This document shows positions 1-9,692 of a stretch of DNA of 64,000 nt, one piece after another. Position 1 is the stretch's first letter; the number at the start of each line of letters is the position of its first letter. The position numbers and the translations under genes are program-made. This DNA is from an uncultured Gammaproteobacteria bacterium (GTDB lineage Bacteria; Patescibacteriota; Patescibacteriia; Magasanikbacterales; UBA922). Location: contig CAZMHV010000004.1 in NCBI GenBank assembly GCA_964566225.1, positions 64,248 to 128,247 of the forward strand, in the 5' to 3' direction. The notes beneath the pieces were generated by a model, which had not been told where the DNA came from, did no database searches, and saw only the letters and a program-made list of their open reading frames with translations.

Positions 1-113
1 CGCTCGAAGAGCTCGCCAAGAACGCCGGCCCGGACGCCCCCGCCGTCCGGAACCTCATCAACGACGTCAAGGTGACCGCGGAGAAGGTCGCCATGAAGGC
101 CGCCGGGCTCTGA
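1..113 (+). CDS. 3' end of a GC-rich gene (…LEELAKNAGPDAPAVRNLINDVKVTAEKVAMKAAGL*), probably a MoxR/RavA-type AAA+ ATPase
   Basis: Open frame from nt 3 to TGA 111-113 with strong GC3 bias; lies directly upstream of a VWA gene, as the AAA gene does at 44739-45836. Product assignment is by context only. Confidence 0.5.
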   Translation, partial: LEELAKNAGPDAPAVRNLINDVKVTAEKVAMKAAGL

Positions 114-131
114 ACCCGAGCGAGGAGGAGA

Positions 132-1820
132 ATGAGCAAGACGCAAAATGCTCCTCCGCTCGCCCGGGAGGAGCTGCTCTCAGCGATGGTCACGGACGCG
201 GATGCCTTCACCGCGCTCCGGTACCTCCGCTCGCGGGAAGAAACGCCCGCGATTTGGGAGCTTGAACGAAACGGCGCGAAGACATTGCCCGGCGTGACTG
301 CCGCTTTGGGTGACGTCTACCACTCCCTCTGGTCCGAAGGGGTGGATTTGAAGGATCGGACCAAGGTTCCCGCAAGTCGTCAGTACTGGCGTGGACTCCT
401 GGAAGAAACGCTCCCCACGAGCGCCTTCCACGAGCTCCATGCCAAGACCTGCGGGGACCGGCTGCTCTCCACCATGGGCACGGTGGAAGCGGCGAAGACA
501 ATTCTCAAGTTGGTGCCCAAGGCGGACGGCGAGAAGCTCGAGAAGATTGCTGAGGCGCAAGCCAAGGCAGATCAACTCGAGCAGGAAGCCTCGGACGCTC
601 AAGCTCACGCCGACGGCCTGGAGCAGATGGCCTCAGAAATGATGGCCAATGCCCAGGGTGGCGGCAAGCCCGGGAAGCCTGCTGGTGGGAACCCTTCGGG
701 GAACTCGCCGGGTGGTAACTCGGGCGGAATGAGCGCGGCCGAGGCACAGAACCTCGCCAATAAGCTCTCCGAGCAGTGGGCCGATGCGCAGGCAAAGGCT
801 GACGATGCTCGGGCCGCGGCCGACCAGGCGACGGCCGCAGCCAATGCTCAGGCCGAAGCGCTGATGGGGAAACCCGGAAGTGCCGAGGCCGAAGCCAAGC
901 TGCGTGAGCTGGCGAGGTTGGGCCAAGCGGCTCTCCAGGCCACCACTGCGAAGGTCACCGAGGTTTCGGAGACCATTCAAGGCTGGGGTCTGGAAAAAGG
1001 CGAGCTCGAGAAGATGGAGATCCCCGAGGCCATGGGGCTCCTCGAGAAGATGCGGAAGAACTCCGCCTTCAAGAGCTTCGCCACCCTCCTCGGTCGGATG
1101 CGTGCCATGGCCGCCAAAAAGGCACGCTCCAAGATCGAGGGTGAAGGGCGCCGGGTGACTCGCCAGGAAACTGGTCGAGATATCTCGCGCGCCTACCCGA
1201 GCGAGCTCGCCGCGCTCTCTCACCCCGCCACCCGCCTGCCGGCGCTCCTCCGATGGTCTCGAGGAGAGCTCCGGCTTCGTGGCCAAGAGACCAAGCAGAC
1301 GCTCGGCCGTGGAGACATTGTCGTCTGTGAAGACGGCTCGGGCTCCATGGATGGACCGAAGCAGCAGTGGGCCAAGGGAGTTTCACTCTCCCTGGCACAC
1401 TTTGCTAAGATCCAAAAGCGCGGCTTTGGCTGGATCATGTTCGACACCCGTGTGGTGAAGGATAAGGTTCGGCCGGGCGGCGTTCTGTCGGCAATCGACA
1501 TGCTCGATATTGCTGACAGCCGGTCGGGCGGAGGAACCAGCTTCGAAGCGCCGCTGAAGCGCGCTGTCGAGATGATCAAGGCGAAAGGTCTGAAGAAGGC
1601 CGACATCGTCTTTGTCACTGACGGCGAGTGCGCGGTCTCCGAAGCGTTCCTCGAGTGCTTCCTCGCCGCCAAAAAGGCGCTCGAGTTCACGGTCGTCACG
1701 GTTCTGTGCGACGTGGGTGAGAGCGCTCGAAAGACGGTCGAGAAGTTTTCCGACAAGGTCGAGCAAGTCTCGCAGTTCACGGTAGAAACTGCAGAGGCGA
1801 AGGTGTTCAATCACCTCTAG
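132..1820 (+). CDS. VWA (MIDAS) domain protein, ViaA/CoxE-like, with central coiled coil and Gly/Pro linker
   Basis: DGSGSM, GGGTSF and FVTDG MIDAS motifs; SD GAGGAGG upstream. Confidence 0.85.
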   Translation: MSKTQNAPPLAREELLSAMVTDADAFTALRYLRSREETPAIWELERNGAKTLPGVTAALGDVYHSLWSEGVDLKDRTKVPASRQYWRGLLEETLPTSAFHELHAKTCGDRLLSTMGTVEAAKTILKLVPKADGEKLEKIAEAQAKADQLEQEASDAQAHADGLEQMASEMMANAQGGGKPGKPAGGNPSGNSPGGNSGGMSAAEAQNLANKLSEQWADAQAKADDARAAADQATAAANAQAEALMGKPGSAEAEAKLRELARLGQAALQATTAKVTEVSETIQGWGLEKGELEKMEIPEAMGLLEKMRKNSAFKSFATLLGRMRAMAAKKARSKIEGEGRRVTRQETGRDISRAYPSELAALSHPATRLPALLRWSRGELRLRGQETKQTLGRGDIVVCEDGSGSMDGPKQQWAKGVSLSLAHFAKIQKRGFGWIMFDTRVVKDKVRPGGVLSAIDMLDIADSRSGGGTSFEAPLKRAVEMIKAKGLKKADIVFVTDGECAVSEAFLECFLAAKKALEFTVVTVLCDVGESARKTVEKFSDKVEQVSQFTVETAEAKVFNHL

Positions 1821-1926
1821 AGCTCGTACTCCTACCCAGTTCCCAGCAGTTGGCATCGCTGGTTGAGCTGTCCAACAAACCGCCACGAGGATTCGTAGTG
1901 ACCTCAAAACAAAATTTCACTGCATT

Positions 1927-1998
1927 GCACTTGGCCCGTCTAGCACATTGACGGGGCCAATCTTATCCTCACGAGCAATGGTGTTCGCGGGGAAAAGG
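1927..1998 (+). repeat. GCAC double-hairpin element, copy A
   Basis: GCACTTGG overlapping stem TTGGCCCGTC/GACGGGGCCAA, loop TAGCACATT, abutting second hairpin. Confidence 0.65.
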
Positions 1999-2030
1999 TT
2001 TGGTTCAACCTCGAAAGTGGAGAAATAATC

Positions 2031-4037
2031 GTGGATACCAACAACATCAACCCCGCGTCGAATATTGTCACGCTCCTGGCCGAGCGTGGCAAGAATTACG
2101 ACAAGACGGGCGAGGTGGTGGGTTTCCACTTCCTCTCTCGGAAGAAGTCCTGCTTGGTCTTCTTCCCGCGGGGTATCAAATGCGAAGCAGGGAAGGAGTA
2201 CCGGATGGAGCTCCTTCCCATTGTCGAGCAAGGCGGCCAGGCCAAGCTCGATCGGGCTGGGAACCCGCTGTACAACTCCCGTCCATCCCCGCCGGTCGTG
2301 TCGGAGAAGTGGATCGAGGAGGGGGGCAACCTCCTTCACGTCCGCATCTCCACCGACTGGCGGCTCGAGGCGAAGCGGGTGGCGCTCCTCGAGACCAAGA
2401 AGCCTGCCACCCGCGAGAGGGAGCTCTACACCGACAAAAAGTATGAGTTGGTGTGGGGCACAGACCTGTTGTCGTCGGCGGTCATGGTCAAGCCCGAGAC
2501 TGTGGTTGCCCTGGAAGTGGAGGCCACGGACAATGGTGAGCTCGTTTGGAAAAAGATCAGCGAGCGTCGAGACTCCAAGCCCACGAGCAACTACTCTCTG
2601 GAGAAGTACAACCTCCGGGAGAATGAGAGCTCGTGGACCTGGAAGCGGATCGACATCACCCACGACCCCGCGGGCACGGTCTCGCTTCACCTGTACTTTG
2701 ATGAAGGCTTGGGCTACACGTCCGAGCACCATCACCGTACGGTGTGGGGCGACCTCCCCAAGTGGCTCAAGGACGAGCTTTTGGTGAATTACCCGATCTG
2801 CTCTTGCTCCCGCCAGCGGCTCGATCCCTCCAAGAATGCCGACGGATACTCGAAGTGCGAGATCTGTCGGACCGAGGAGAAGTGCGCCCGCTGTGGCAAG
2901 CAGCCCATCGCGGTGAAGGTGGTGAATAACTGCCTCATCTGCGATAGCTGCCGACCGCTCGTCGAGCAGGAGAACCTCATCCACGAGAAGGTGTCGGCCG
3001 AGAAGTTGGCCGAGCTGGCGGCCCAGGCCCAGCTCCTCCTCACAGGCAAAGTGTTCGAGGGGGAGACGGGCGAAATGGTGGCACGGACGTTGGTCGAGCA
3101 GCTCAAGGACGAGTCTGCTCGGCGTGAGGCTCTGCGGGTATGTGCCGGGTACCCCTGGTACTATATTTCGCAGGACTTCATCTTCGGGTCCAAGTTTGGG
3201 CTCGAAGCTCTGGAGATTCTGTGCCACATCAACCAGGCCAAGGGCAATGGCCTGGTGCGACTGGTCTCGTGGGTGATGGGCTACCATAAGACCACTGATC
3301 AGGACGGGGACTTCTACACCCGCACCCAGGTCAAGGGCGAGGCTCTGGCTCCGGAGATTTCTTCCTGGAGCACGTTCAGCGACCTGGCGGTCGGCGTCTG
3401 CATCTTCGACTTCGCCACTACTCGGCGGCGAGAAGAAGAACAGCGTCAGGCCGAGGCTGCCGAAAGGTCTCGCCTTGAGAAGCTGCTCGTCCATGACTAC
3501 GTTCGTGGCGACCTCGTGCTCGCCACCCGGATCGACGCCTTTGTCAAAGAGGCATTCCGGATCCGTGGTCACCATACCGTGGCTCTCCTCAAGAAAGAAG
3601 ATGGGGAAGCCTACGGACGTGGTGGTCGCACTGCGTCCATCGAGGAACAGTTCCCTGGCATCGACCACCAGGGGTTGGACTGGGCCGCAGGCCGGGATAT
3701 CGTTCCCGTGGCCTTCTGGGCTGAGACCAGCCTCTTTGGTCAGGTCAAGGTGATCGTTCCGACCGAGGGAAAGTTCACGTTCAAGACCGACCGGCACTTT
3801 CAGTGCACGGGGTGCGGTTGCATCGTGAATGTCGCGAAGCCTGACTGGAACATGTTCCGCAACGGGAACTCCATCAAGGTTTCGTGTCCTTCGTGTTATC
3901 GGTGGGACTGGGTGGATTCGTCCATCCAGAAGTCGCAGACCAAGCTCGAGGCGCCGAAGCCGGCTGTCACCAATAACGGTGGAAGCGTTACGGCTGATGC
4001 GTTGGCCGCCCTCAAGGCCAAGTTCGGCGGCCGCTGA
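2031..4037 (+). CDS. Hypothetical protein with multiple CxxC zinc-binding motifs
   Basis: 668-aa ORF, GC3 bias, GGAG SD before GTG; CSC, CEIC, CARC, CDSC, CTGC, CPSC. Confidence 0.8.
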   Translation: MDTNNINPASNIVTLLAERGKNYDKTGEVVGFHFLSRKKSCLVFFPRGIKCEAGKEYRMELLPIVEQGGQAKLDRAGNPLYNSRPSPPVVSEKWIEEGGNLLHVRISTDWRLEAKRVALLETKKPATRERELYTDKKYELVWGTDLLSSAVMVKPETVVALEVEATDNGELVWKKISERRDSKPTSNYSLEKYNLRENESSWTWKRIDITHDPAGTVSLHLYFDEGLGYTSEHHHRTVWGDLPKWLKDELLVNYPICSCSRQRLDPSKNADGYSKCEICRTEEKCARCGKQPIAVKVVNNCLICDSCRPLVEQENLIHEKVSAEKLAELAAQAQLLLTGKVFEGETGEMVARTLVEQLKDESARREALRVCAGYPWYYISQDFIFGSKFGLEALEILCHINQAKGNGLVRLVSWVMGYHKTTDQDGDFYTRTQVKGEALAPEISSWSTFSDLAVGVCIFDFATTRRREEEQRQAEAAERSRLEKLLVHDYVRGDLVLATRIDAFVKEAFRIRGHHTVALLKKEDGEAYGRGGRTASIEEQFPGIDHQGLDWAAGRDIVPVAFWAETSLFGQVKVIVPTEGKFTFKTDRHFQCTGCGCIVNVAKPDWNMFRNGNSIKVSCPSCYRWDWVDSSIQKSQTKLEAPKPAVTNNGGSVTADALAALKAKFGGR

Positions 4038-4193
4038 GTCTTTGCTATAAAGAAAAATCTTCTTGCCAGAAAAGGCGTGCAAGAAGTCATCCAAAATCGC
4101 CTTTTAAGTTTCGACTGGTTGGCACTGGTCTTGAGACTTTCAAAAGAAACGCCATGGGAGGTAGGTAACTCCCAAGAAAAAACATCTTACCAA

Positions 4194-4280
4194 AAACTCG
4201 GTAGATCGGGACATCAAGCTTGCACAGCTCTGTCCCGAACTCCCACGAAATTTTTATTGATGTAGAAGTTTCATGGGAGT
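4194..4280 (+). repeat. GCAC double-hairpin element, copy B
   Basis: AACTCGG, stem TCGGGACA/TGTCCCGA with TGCAC loop, then ACTCCC…GGGAGT hairpin with A/T-rich core; outer stems identical to copy C. Confidence 0.8.
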
Positions 4281-4419
4281 CAAATCCAAACTATGGGCGG
4301 CTGGCAGCACCCAAAAGTTTTTCTCTCTATCTGCCAGAAACTGTTTGGAAACCATTGCAATAAGCCCCACGAAGAAATTCGACGGAAGTGTGGGGAAGTA
4401 AATGCAGTGGTGGAGGAAA

Positions 4420-4719
4420 ATGACAAAGAATCTCTTTGTTGTCATCTCCCGAGACGTGTGGTACGACAAAAAGACCACAGACTCGGTGATTGTCCACCTC
4501 GTTGAAGAGGGGGACAGTTTCTCCACCGGTGGCGGATCCTATGGCAACGAGTACAGCACGGATGTGTATGTATTTCTTGCCGTCGGTGTTACTGTCACCG
4601 ATGTGAGCGGGACAGACTCCAAGCTCTTTGCTCATCTGCGATCCAAGTTCGACGACTTGGGAGTGGTGAGTAATGAAGAGCTTCTCGAGAACGTGTATGC
4701 GTTCTTGAGAGCTCTTTAA
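4420..4719 (+). CDS. Small hypothetical protein (MTKNLF…)
   Basis: GGAGG at 4412-4416 before ATG 4420; flanked by element copies B and C. Confidence 0.65.
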   Translation: MTKNLFVVISRDVWYDKKTTDSVIVHLVEEGDSFSTGGGSYGNEYSTDVYVFLAVGVTVTDVSGTDSKLFAHLRSKFDDLGVVSNEELLENVYAFLRAL

Positions 4720-4892
4720 GCGGATAGAGTCTGTTCAGAAGTCCTCCCCAAGGTCTTGAGCAGAGATGAAGGGGAGTGAATAAAGAAAGCGGATCGGCAT
4801 ATGCCGACGGGGTTGGGAGAAAGACCTGACTTTGAGCTGCCAGCAACCGTGCAGCAAGACCGCAAGCTTAGGGTGGTAACCTCAACAACCAA

Positions 4893-4975
4893 GCAACTCG
4901 GAACTCGGGACAGGGTGAGCACTCATCTGTCCCGAACTCCCTCGAGATTTTTAAATATAAAAGTTTCAAGGGAGT
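4893..4975 (+). repeat. GCAC double-hairpin element, copy C
   Basis: GCAACTCGG, TCGGGACA…TGA-GCAC-TCA…TGTCCCGA, ACTCCC…GGGAGT. Confidence 0.8.
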
Positions 4976-5033
4976 GTGAATTTTCTGCTCCAGAGTAGTA
5001 ATAGAAGCAACGAACTCAAGCAAGGACGATACC

Positions 5034-5720
5034 GTGAATACGATGAAAAAGTTCTGGACGATGAAGGATGGTCAGGTTGGCACGGCTCACAAAAACCGCC
5101 ACGGCGAGGAGGTCGACTTCCGGCCGGGGGAGTGTTTTCTTGAGTGGGTTGAAGGAGGCAGCAGCCAACGACCTGGCATGATGAGCGATGTGCCGGACGA
5201 GGAGGCCATCAAGTCTGCGATCTCGCTGTTGCGGGTCGTTCTGGTTCCTGCCAAGGGTGTCCAGTGCGAGAGTCTCGTCCTTCCTTCCACGAGCATCGAC
5301 TACGAGTCGAGCGTGGACAATCGCGGTGTGGTCATGGTGCGAGTCAATCGCATGGTGGCCACCTACGAGGGACTGGAATTTCAGTCTAGCAAAGACAGGC
5401 TGGGCGCAGCGATTCTGGTCAACTTCTACTCCCTCGTCGCCCGCCAGGCCCAGCGACAGGCCGCAGTCGAGCAGCTGGAGCAGCTGCGTCAGCAGCACCC
5501 GGCTGCCACGGCCCTCACCCCGCGTGAGGCCATCACGTTCGGAAAGCCGGTCTTCGCCAAGCTCCGGCATCAGAACCCTCTGGACTGGAAGAAGGCGGCG
5601 GTGAAGGTTCAGCAGAATTTGTTGAGACACTTCGCAATCACCGACATCCGGATCCTCCCGACGTGGGCACAGGACCTCGAGACCCTGCGCAGCCACATCT
5701 TGGAGCAGCGAGTCGGTTGA
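5034..5720 (+). CDS. Hypothetical protein (GC-rich class)
   Basis: 228-aa ORF, GC3 bias, AAGGA upstream. Confidence 0.75.
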   Translation: MNTMKKFWTMKDGQVGTAHKNRHGEEVDFRPGECFLEWVEGGSSQRPGMMSDVPDEEAIKSAISLLRVVLVPAKGVQCESLVLPSTSIDYESSVDNRGVVMVRVNRMVATYEGLEFQSSKDRLGAAILVNFYSLVARQAQRQAAVEQLEQLRQQHPAATALTPREAITFGKPVFAKLRHQNPLDWKKAAVKVQQNLLRHFAITDIRILPTWAQDLETLRSHILEQRVG

Positions 5721-5825
5721 TTTTTCCACACTCCCCAAAGCTGTGTTCTTGCCCTCTCCAAAAAAGAGGGCAAGCGCCAGAAGATCCCGGGCATCCTGCC
5801 TGGGTTCCACCTCAATTCTTGAGGC

Positions 5826-5955
5826 GTACTTCATGGGCGGAGCGTTCAACCCGAACTGCTCCGCCCTCCACACAGAAAGAGAAAATTACAAAAGAGAATC
5901 TTCGAATACTCTCTCCTCGAGGAATCTCCAACATTTTTTTCTCTTTCGGTGTGGA
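5826..5955 (+). repeat. Array-terminal double-hairpin element (copy L)
   Basis: GGGCGGAGC/GCTCCGCCC stem abutting long TCCACAC…GTGTGGA hairpin; resembles 37674-37804 (-). Confidence 0.55.
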
Positions 5956-5957
5956 AT

Positions 5958-5988
5958 AAAAAATACTGTTTACGCAACAGTATTTTTT
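5958..5988. terminator. Bidirectional intrinsic terminator
   Basis: AAAAAATACTGTT-tacgc-AACAGTATTTTTT between convergent genes. Confidence 0.7.
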
Positions 5989-6014
5989 GTTTTCAAAATT
6001 TTGTATAAAATAAT

Positions 6015-7298
6015 TTACATCGTCTCAATCTTCACCATCTGTTCAAGTCGTCGAATATCTGCCAAAAGTTTTGATCGTTCTTTGTTAAACAATATAATAT
6101 CAAACACACTGCTGCCACCATGTTTGGCAAAAGTGCAGGCTTCACCAACTTTTTTGTGTACAGAAATTTTTTGAAATGAATCTAACTCTTTGGCTTTTTT
6201 GACACCAAGCAAACTCACCAGGCGGCCTTCTTTTTTGGCAAAAAATTTCATGGCTACACTGTGACCTTTTACTTTATTTGGAATCTGTGGTTTTTGTGGA
6301 ATGCGAACTAAAATATCATTCATGGTGTGGTTGATGCCAAAAGACAATTCGTAGAGTTTGTGTCTGAATCCTCCAACGCGTGGACCGAGTTCAATAATTT
6401 TCCAACCTTTTTCGGTGCGCATGAGTTCAATGTGAACACTGGTACTGCGCAGCCCAAGTGCATGCACAGCCTCGGTGGCAACATTTTCTGCATCACGTGT
6501 TGAAGCTTTTTTGAGCAGCGTTGGAGTCATTTGTTCGTATCCAAAAAAATCATCAAATCCAATAGTGCGCCCGGTTTTCACTGAGACCAGTGGACAAAAA
6601 TATACTTTTCCTCGTGCTGTCACATAGGCATCAATTGAGTACATGGTGCCTTCCATAAATTGTTCAACCAAAACTTTTTTTTCACCTTGATACCCATGTG
6701 CTTTGTACACCGAATTCAATTTACGAAAAACTTTTTTGAGCACATCTTGCAGTTCTTTTTTGTGATACACAATACTCACCAGGCGACTGGCACCAAGGCC
6801 ACTTGGTTTGACCACGAGTGGAAATCCAACTTTTTGTTCAATTTTTTTCAAAGATTTTTTGGTGGTGTCAGAAACCAAAGTATATGACGGAGTAATTTTT
6901 TTGTCATACAAAAAAAGCCTGCGACGCATCCACACTTTGTCTGTGGCCCAAATAAGTGATTTGGGAGTTGGAGTGCGCAGGTATGGTACATGTGGCACCA
7001 CTTTGGCCATGAGGGGAATGTGATTATCTCCTCGGCAGGTAATTGCGAGCAATTCACTTTCAATGGGTGCCAAAGTTTTTTGGAGGGCAATATCTGAATT
7101 GATATCGCAATCCAGAATCATGTTTATTTTATTGGGGGAAACTTTTTTTACTTTTCCAATTTTATGTTTGGAGTCAATAAGAGAGGCAATACGAAATTTT
7201 TGTTTGGATTTTTTTTCGTATTTACGAATAATGGAAATGGTGGCGCTGTTGACGCCTCCTACAAACAAAAGAATATTTTTTGGATTTGATTTTTTCAT
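6015..7298 (-). CDS. ATP-grasp domain ligase
   Basis: FPLVVKPSGLGAS, VLVEQF, HIEL…IIELGPRVGG motifs; start taken at MKKSNP. Confidence 0.85.
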   Translation of the reverse strand: MKKSNPKNILLFVGGVNSATISIIRKYEKKSKQKFRIASLIDSKHKIGKVKKVSPNKINMILDCDINSDIALQKTLAPIESELLAITCRGDNHIPLMAKVVPHVPYLRTPTPKSLIWATDKVWMRRRLFLYDKKITPSYTLVSDTTKKSLKKIEQKVGFPLVVKPSGLGASRLVSIVYHKKELQDVLKKVFRKLNSVYKAHGYQGEKKVLVEQFMEGTMYSIDAYVTARGKVYFCPLVSVKTGRTIGFDDFFGYEQMTPTLLKKASTRDAENVATEAVHALGLRSTSVHIELMRTEKGWKIIELGPRVGGFRHKLYELSFGINHTMNDILVRIPQKPQIPNKVKGHSVAMKFFAKKEGRLVSLLGVKKAKELDSFQKISVHKKVGEACTFAKHGGSSVFDIILFNKERSKLLADIRRLEQMVKIETM

Positions 7299-7386
7299 AC
7301 AGGCGGTAGAGCGGAGGCGTTTTTTCAAAAAGATGAAAAAGGTCTTCCACAAGAAGACCCATATATACAGCAAAAAATCTCAAAAG

Positions 7387-8358
7387 TCAAGAGTTAAGAG
7401 CCTGAGGCAGGGGATGGTTTTTGATAAATTTTTTGATGCCGGTTTCATCAAGCAGGCCAGTTTGTGCTCCAAGGTGTCCAGTTACAGAAGCCGCATTGGC
7501 TGTGCCCCAGAGCATGCACTCGGCCAAAGTAAGTCCGTTTATGTGTGCTGCCAAAAACCCACTTGCATATGCATCTCCGGCTCCGGTTTTGGAAACAATT
7601 GGTACATGGTATATACCACACGAAAAAAAGTGTTCACCATTGCTGGCCGAGGAACCAACTATGCCATCAGTAAGCACGGCTGTTTTGACACCAGTTTTTA
7701 AAAGTTTCTGAAGTAAAGTTTTTGTGCTGGGGGCTTCACCAACCAACCTCTCGGCTTCTTCTTTGTTTACAAAAAGTATATCGGTGTGGGGTAAAATTTT
7801 AGCAAAAACAGATTTTTTTTCTTTGAGTTGGTAACTTCCTGGGTTGCAGGTCAAAATTGTTTTGGGGTGAGATTTTTTGTAGGCGATGACTTTTTTTTGA
7901 ATGGTTTCAAATGAAAATCCGAGGGACGTGTAGTACAAGTATTTGCTTGGTGGCAGGCTTACTGCTTGGTAAGGGATTTTGTCAAAGTAAGAAAGAATGG
8001 TGCGTTCACCTTTGAAGTTAAGAACTACCGAATAACGACTTCGTCGCTTGGAATTTTTTTTGAGGTAATCTGTTTCAATGTGATTGCGAATGAGGTTTTT
8101 GTGAATAAGCACACCCTGGGTATCAGTACCAAGTTCTGTGCTGATGGCGCTGCGAAAGCCCATTCGTTCGACACCCACGGCTACATTGGCTGCATTGCCA
8201 CCCATGGATTCAAACGTATCGTGGATATCTATTTTGTCACCGTAGGGGAGAACCAGTTTTTCGGGTCGGTGAGATTTGTCACCATATTCCAAAGACGCGT
8301 TTTCAATATCAAGAAACGTATCCCAGGTACAATCACCAATGGTGAGAAGATCAAACAT
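7387..8358 (-). CDS. PfkB-family carbohydrate kinase
   Basis: GGNAANVAVG, NKEEA and KTGAGDAY motifs. Confidence 0.9.
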   Translation of the reverse strand: MFDLLTIGDCTWDTFLDIENASLEYGDKSHRPEKLVLPYGDKIDIHDTFESMGGNAANVAVGVERMGFRSAISTELGTDTQGVLIHKNLIRNHIETDYLKKNSKRRSRYSVVLNFKGERTILSYFDKIPYQAVSLPPSKYLYYTSLGFSFETIQKKVIAYKKSHPKTILTCNPGSYQLKEKKSVFAKILPHTDILFVNKEEAERLVGEAPSTKTLLQKLLKTGVKTAVLTDGIVGSSASNGEHFFSCGIYHVPIVSKTGAGDAYASGFLAAHINGLTLAECMLWGTANAASVTGHLGAQTGLLDETGIKKFIKNHPLPQALNS

Positions 8359-8405
8359 ACTGTGACAGGCAGTGTTGAAGAAAAATGTGGTACAAAAAAA
8401 TTAAG

Positions 8406-8717
8406 TTATCTTTTCCACAATTTTTTATATTTTTTTAAATCATCTTGGGCATGATGATGAAGCCCCAAAAAAATTTCTGTGAATTCAATAATAGATGCAA
8501 GTGCAATGCCACCCATGGCCAAAATAAAGATTTTTTCGCCTTGGTAAATGGCATAGGCGAGTAAGCAACTGGCTCCGATGAGTTGTACCAAATCTTTGCG
8601 GTGCGCTTGTTCAAGAAAAACTGAGTATACCAAAGTAATAATACCGAGGCCGGCAATAATGTAAATGAGAATTTCTGGAATGTCGGTGGGGAGTGTCGGT
8701 ATAAAGTCGAATGGCAT
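8406..8717 (-). CDS. Small membrane protein
   Basis: Three hydrophobic helices; in operon with trxB. Confidence 0.75.
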   Translation of the reverse strand: MPFDFIPTLPTDIPEILIYIIAGLGIITLVYSVFLEQAHRKDLVQLIGASCLLAYAIYQGEKIFILAMGGIALASIIEFTEIFLGLHHHAQDDLKKYKKLWKR

Positions 8718-8719
8718 AT

Positions 8720-9673
8720 TTAAACTTCGGTCCAGCGGTTAATATAATCAATGGCAGCAAGCACGGCAGTAACACCTTGCCCGGCTGCAATAGAAATTTG
8801 TTTGTAGGGAATATTACTCACGTCGCCGGCTGCAAAAATTCCGGCAACATTGGTTTGTCCAATTTTGTCAGTAACAATTTCTCCAGCAGGATTTTTTTCT
8901 AAATTTTTGGCAAATGAAGAATTGGGAATCATGCCAACGTGTACCATGACACCATTGGTGGTAATTTCTTTTTCTTCTCCACTTATTATATCACGATACT
9001 TCACTCCCGTCACACTTTTTTCACCAAGAATTTGGAGTGTTTCAGCGTTATAAATAATTTCTACGTTTGCAAGTTGTTTCACTTTTTCAATCAAAATATT
9101 TTCTCCCTTGGGGAATCCACCTTTGGTTTCTGGTGTGTTGGCATATTTGGTGAGCAAGTACACTTTGTCGGCAATCGTACTCATCATGAGTGCAGATTCG
9201 AGTCCAGAGTTTCCCGCACCAATGGTGGTGGTAATTTTCTTTTTGTAGAGTGGCCCATCACACACGGTGCAGTAGGTCACACCACGGCCTTTGAGTTCTA
9301 CTTCTCCGGGTACACCAATGAGGCGTGGGTGAATGCCACTGCCAATGAGGACGGTTTTGGTTTCAAAACGTTTTTCATTGCCACTGTAATCTTTGGTTAC
9401 TACAACGTGATGATTTTTTTCGTGCACAATTTCGACAACTTCCAGGCCTTGTTCAAATTGAACATTATATGAAAGTGCATGTTTATGAAAATCTTGTGCG
9501 AGTTGTACACCGGTGGTATGAATTTGTCCGGGCCAATTTTCTACTTCACCCGAGAGCGCCACTTCGCCTCCAATGTCTTTACTAATAACTACAAAGTTTA
9601 AATTACGACGTGCAGCATACACAGCAGCACTGCAGCCGGCCGCAGCGGCACCAATGATAACAAGATCGAGCAT
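8720..9673 (-). CDS. trxB: Thioredoxin reductase / AhpF-like FAD-dependent disulfide reductase
   Basis: GVTYCTVCDG, GAGNSG and GIFAAGD motifs. Confidence 0.88.
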   Translation of the reverse strand: MLDLVIIGAAAAGCSAAVYAARRNLNFVVISKDIGGEVALSGEVENWPGQIHTTGVQLAQDFHKHALSYNVQFEQGLEVVEIVHEKNHHVVVTKDYSGNEKRFETKTVLIGSGIHPRLIGVPGEVELKGRGVTYCTVCDGPLYKKKITTTIGAGNSGLESALMMSTIADKVYLLTKYANTPETKGGFPKGENILIEKVKQLANVEIIYNAETLQILGEKSVTGVKYRDIISGEEKEITTNGVMVHVGMIPNSSFAKNLEKNPAGEIVTDKIGQTNVAGIFAAGDVSNIPYKQISIAAGQGVTAVLAAIDYINRWTEV

Positions 9674-9692
9674 ACAAAAAATATTTTTAATT

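Noticed and set aside
1917-4094. 725-aa antisense ORF (and similar shadows at 5016-5873, 40395-41513, 44613-45425, 10943-12301)
   Set aside because: These mirror real genes on the opposite strand; codon bias suppresses antisense stops. They lack motifs and start signals.
1-5720. GC-rich parts as an assembly chimera
   Set aside because: Many independent transitions coincide with promoters and shared terminators, and the same element recurs across patches. This is unlikely for mis-joins, though only reads can exclude it.
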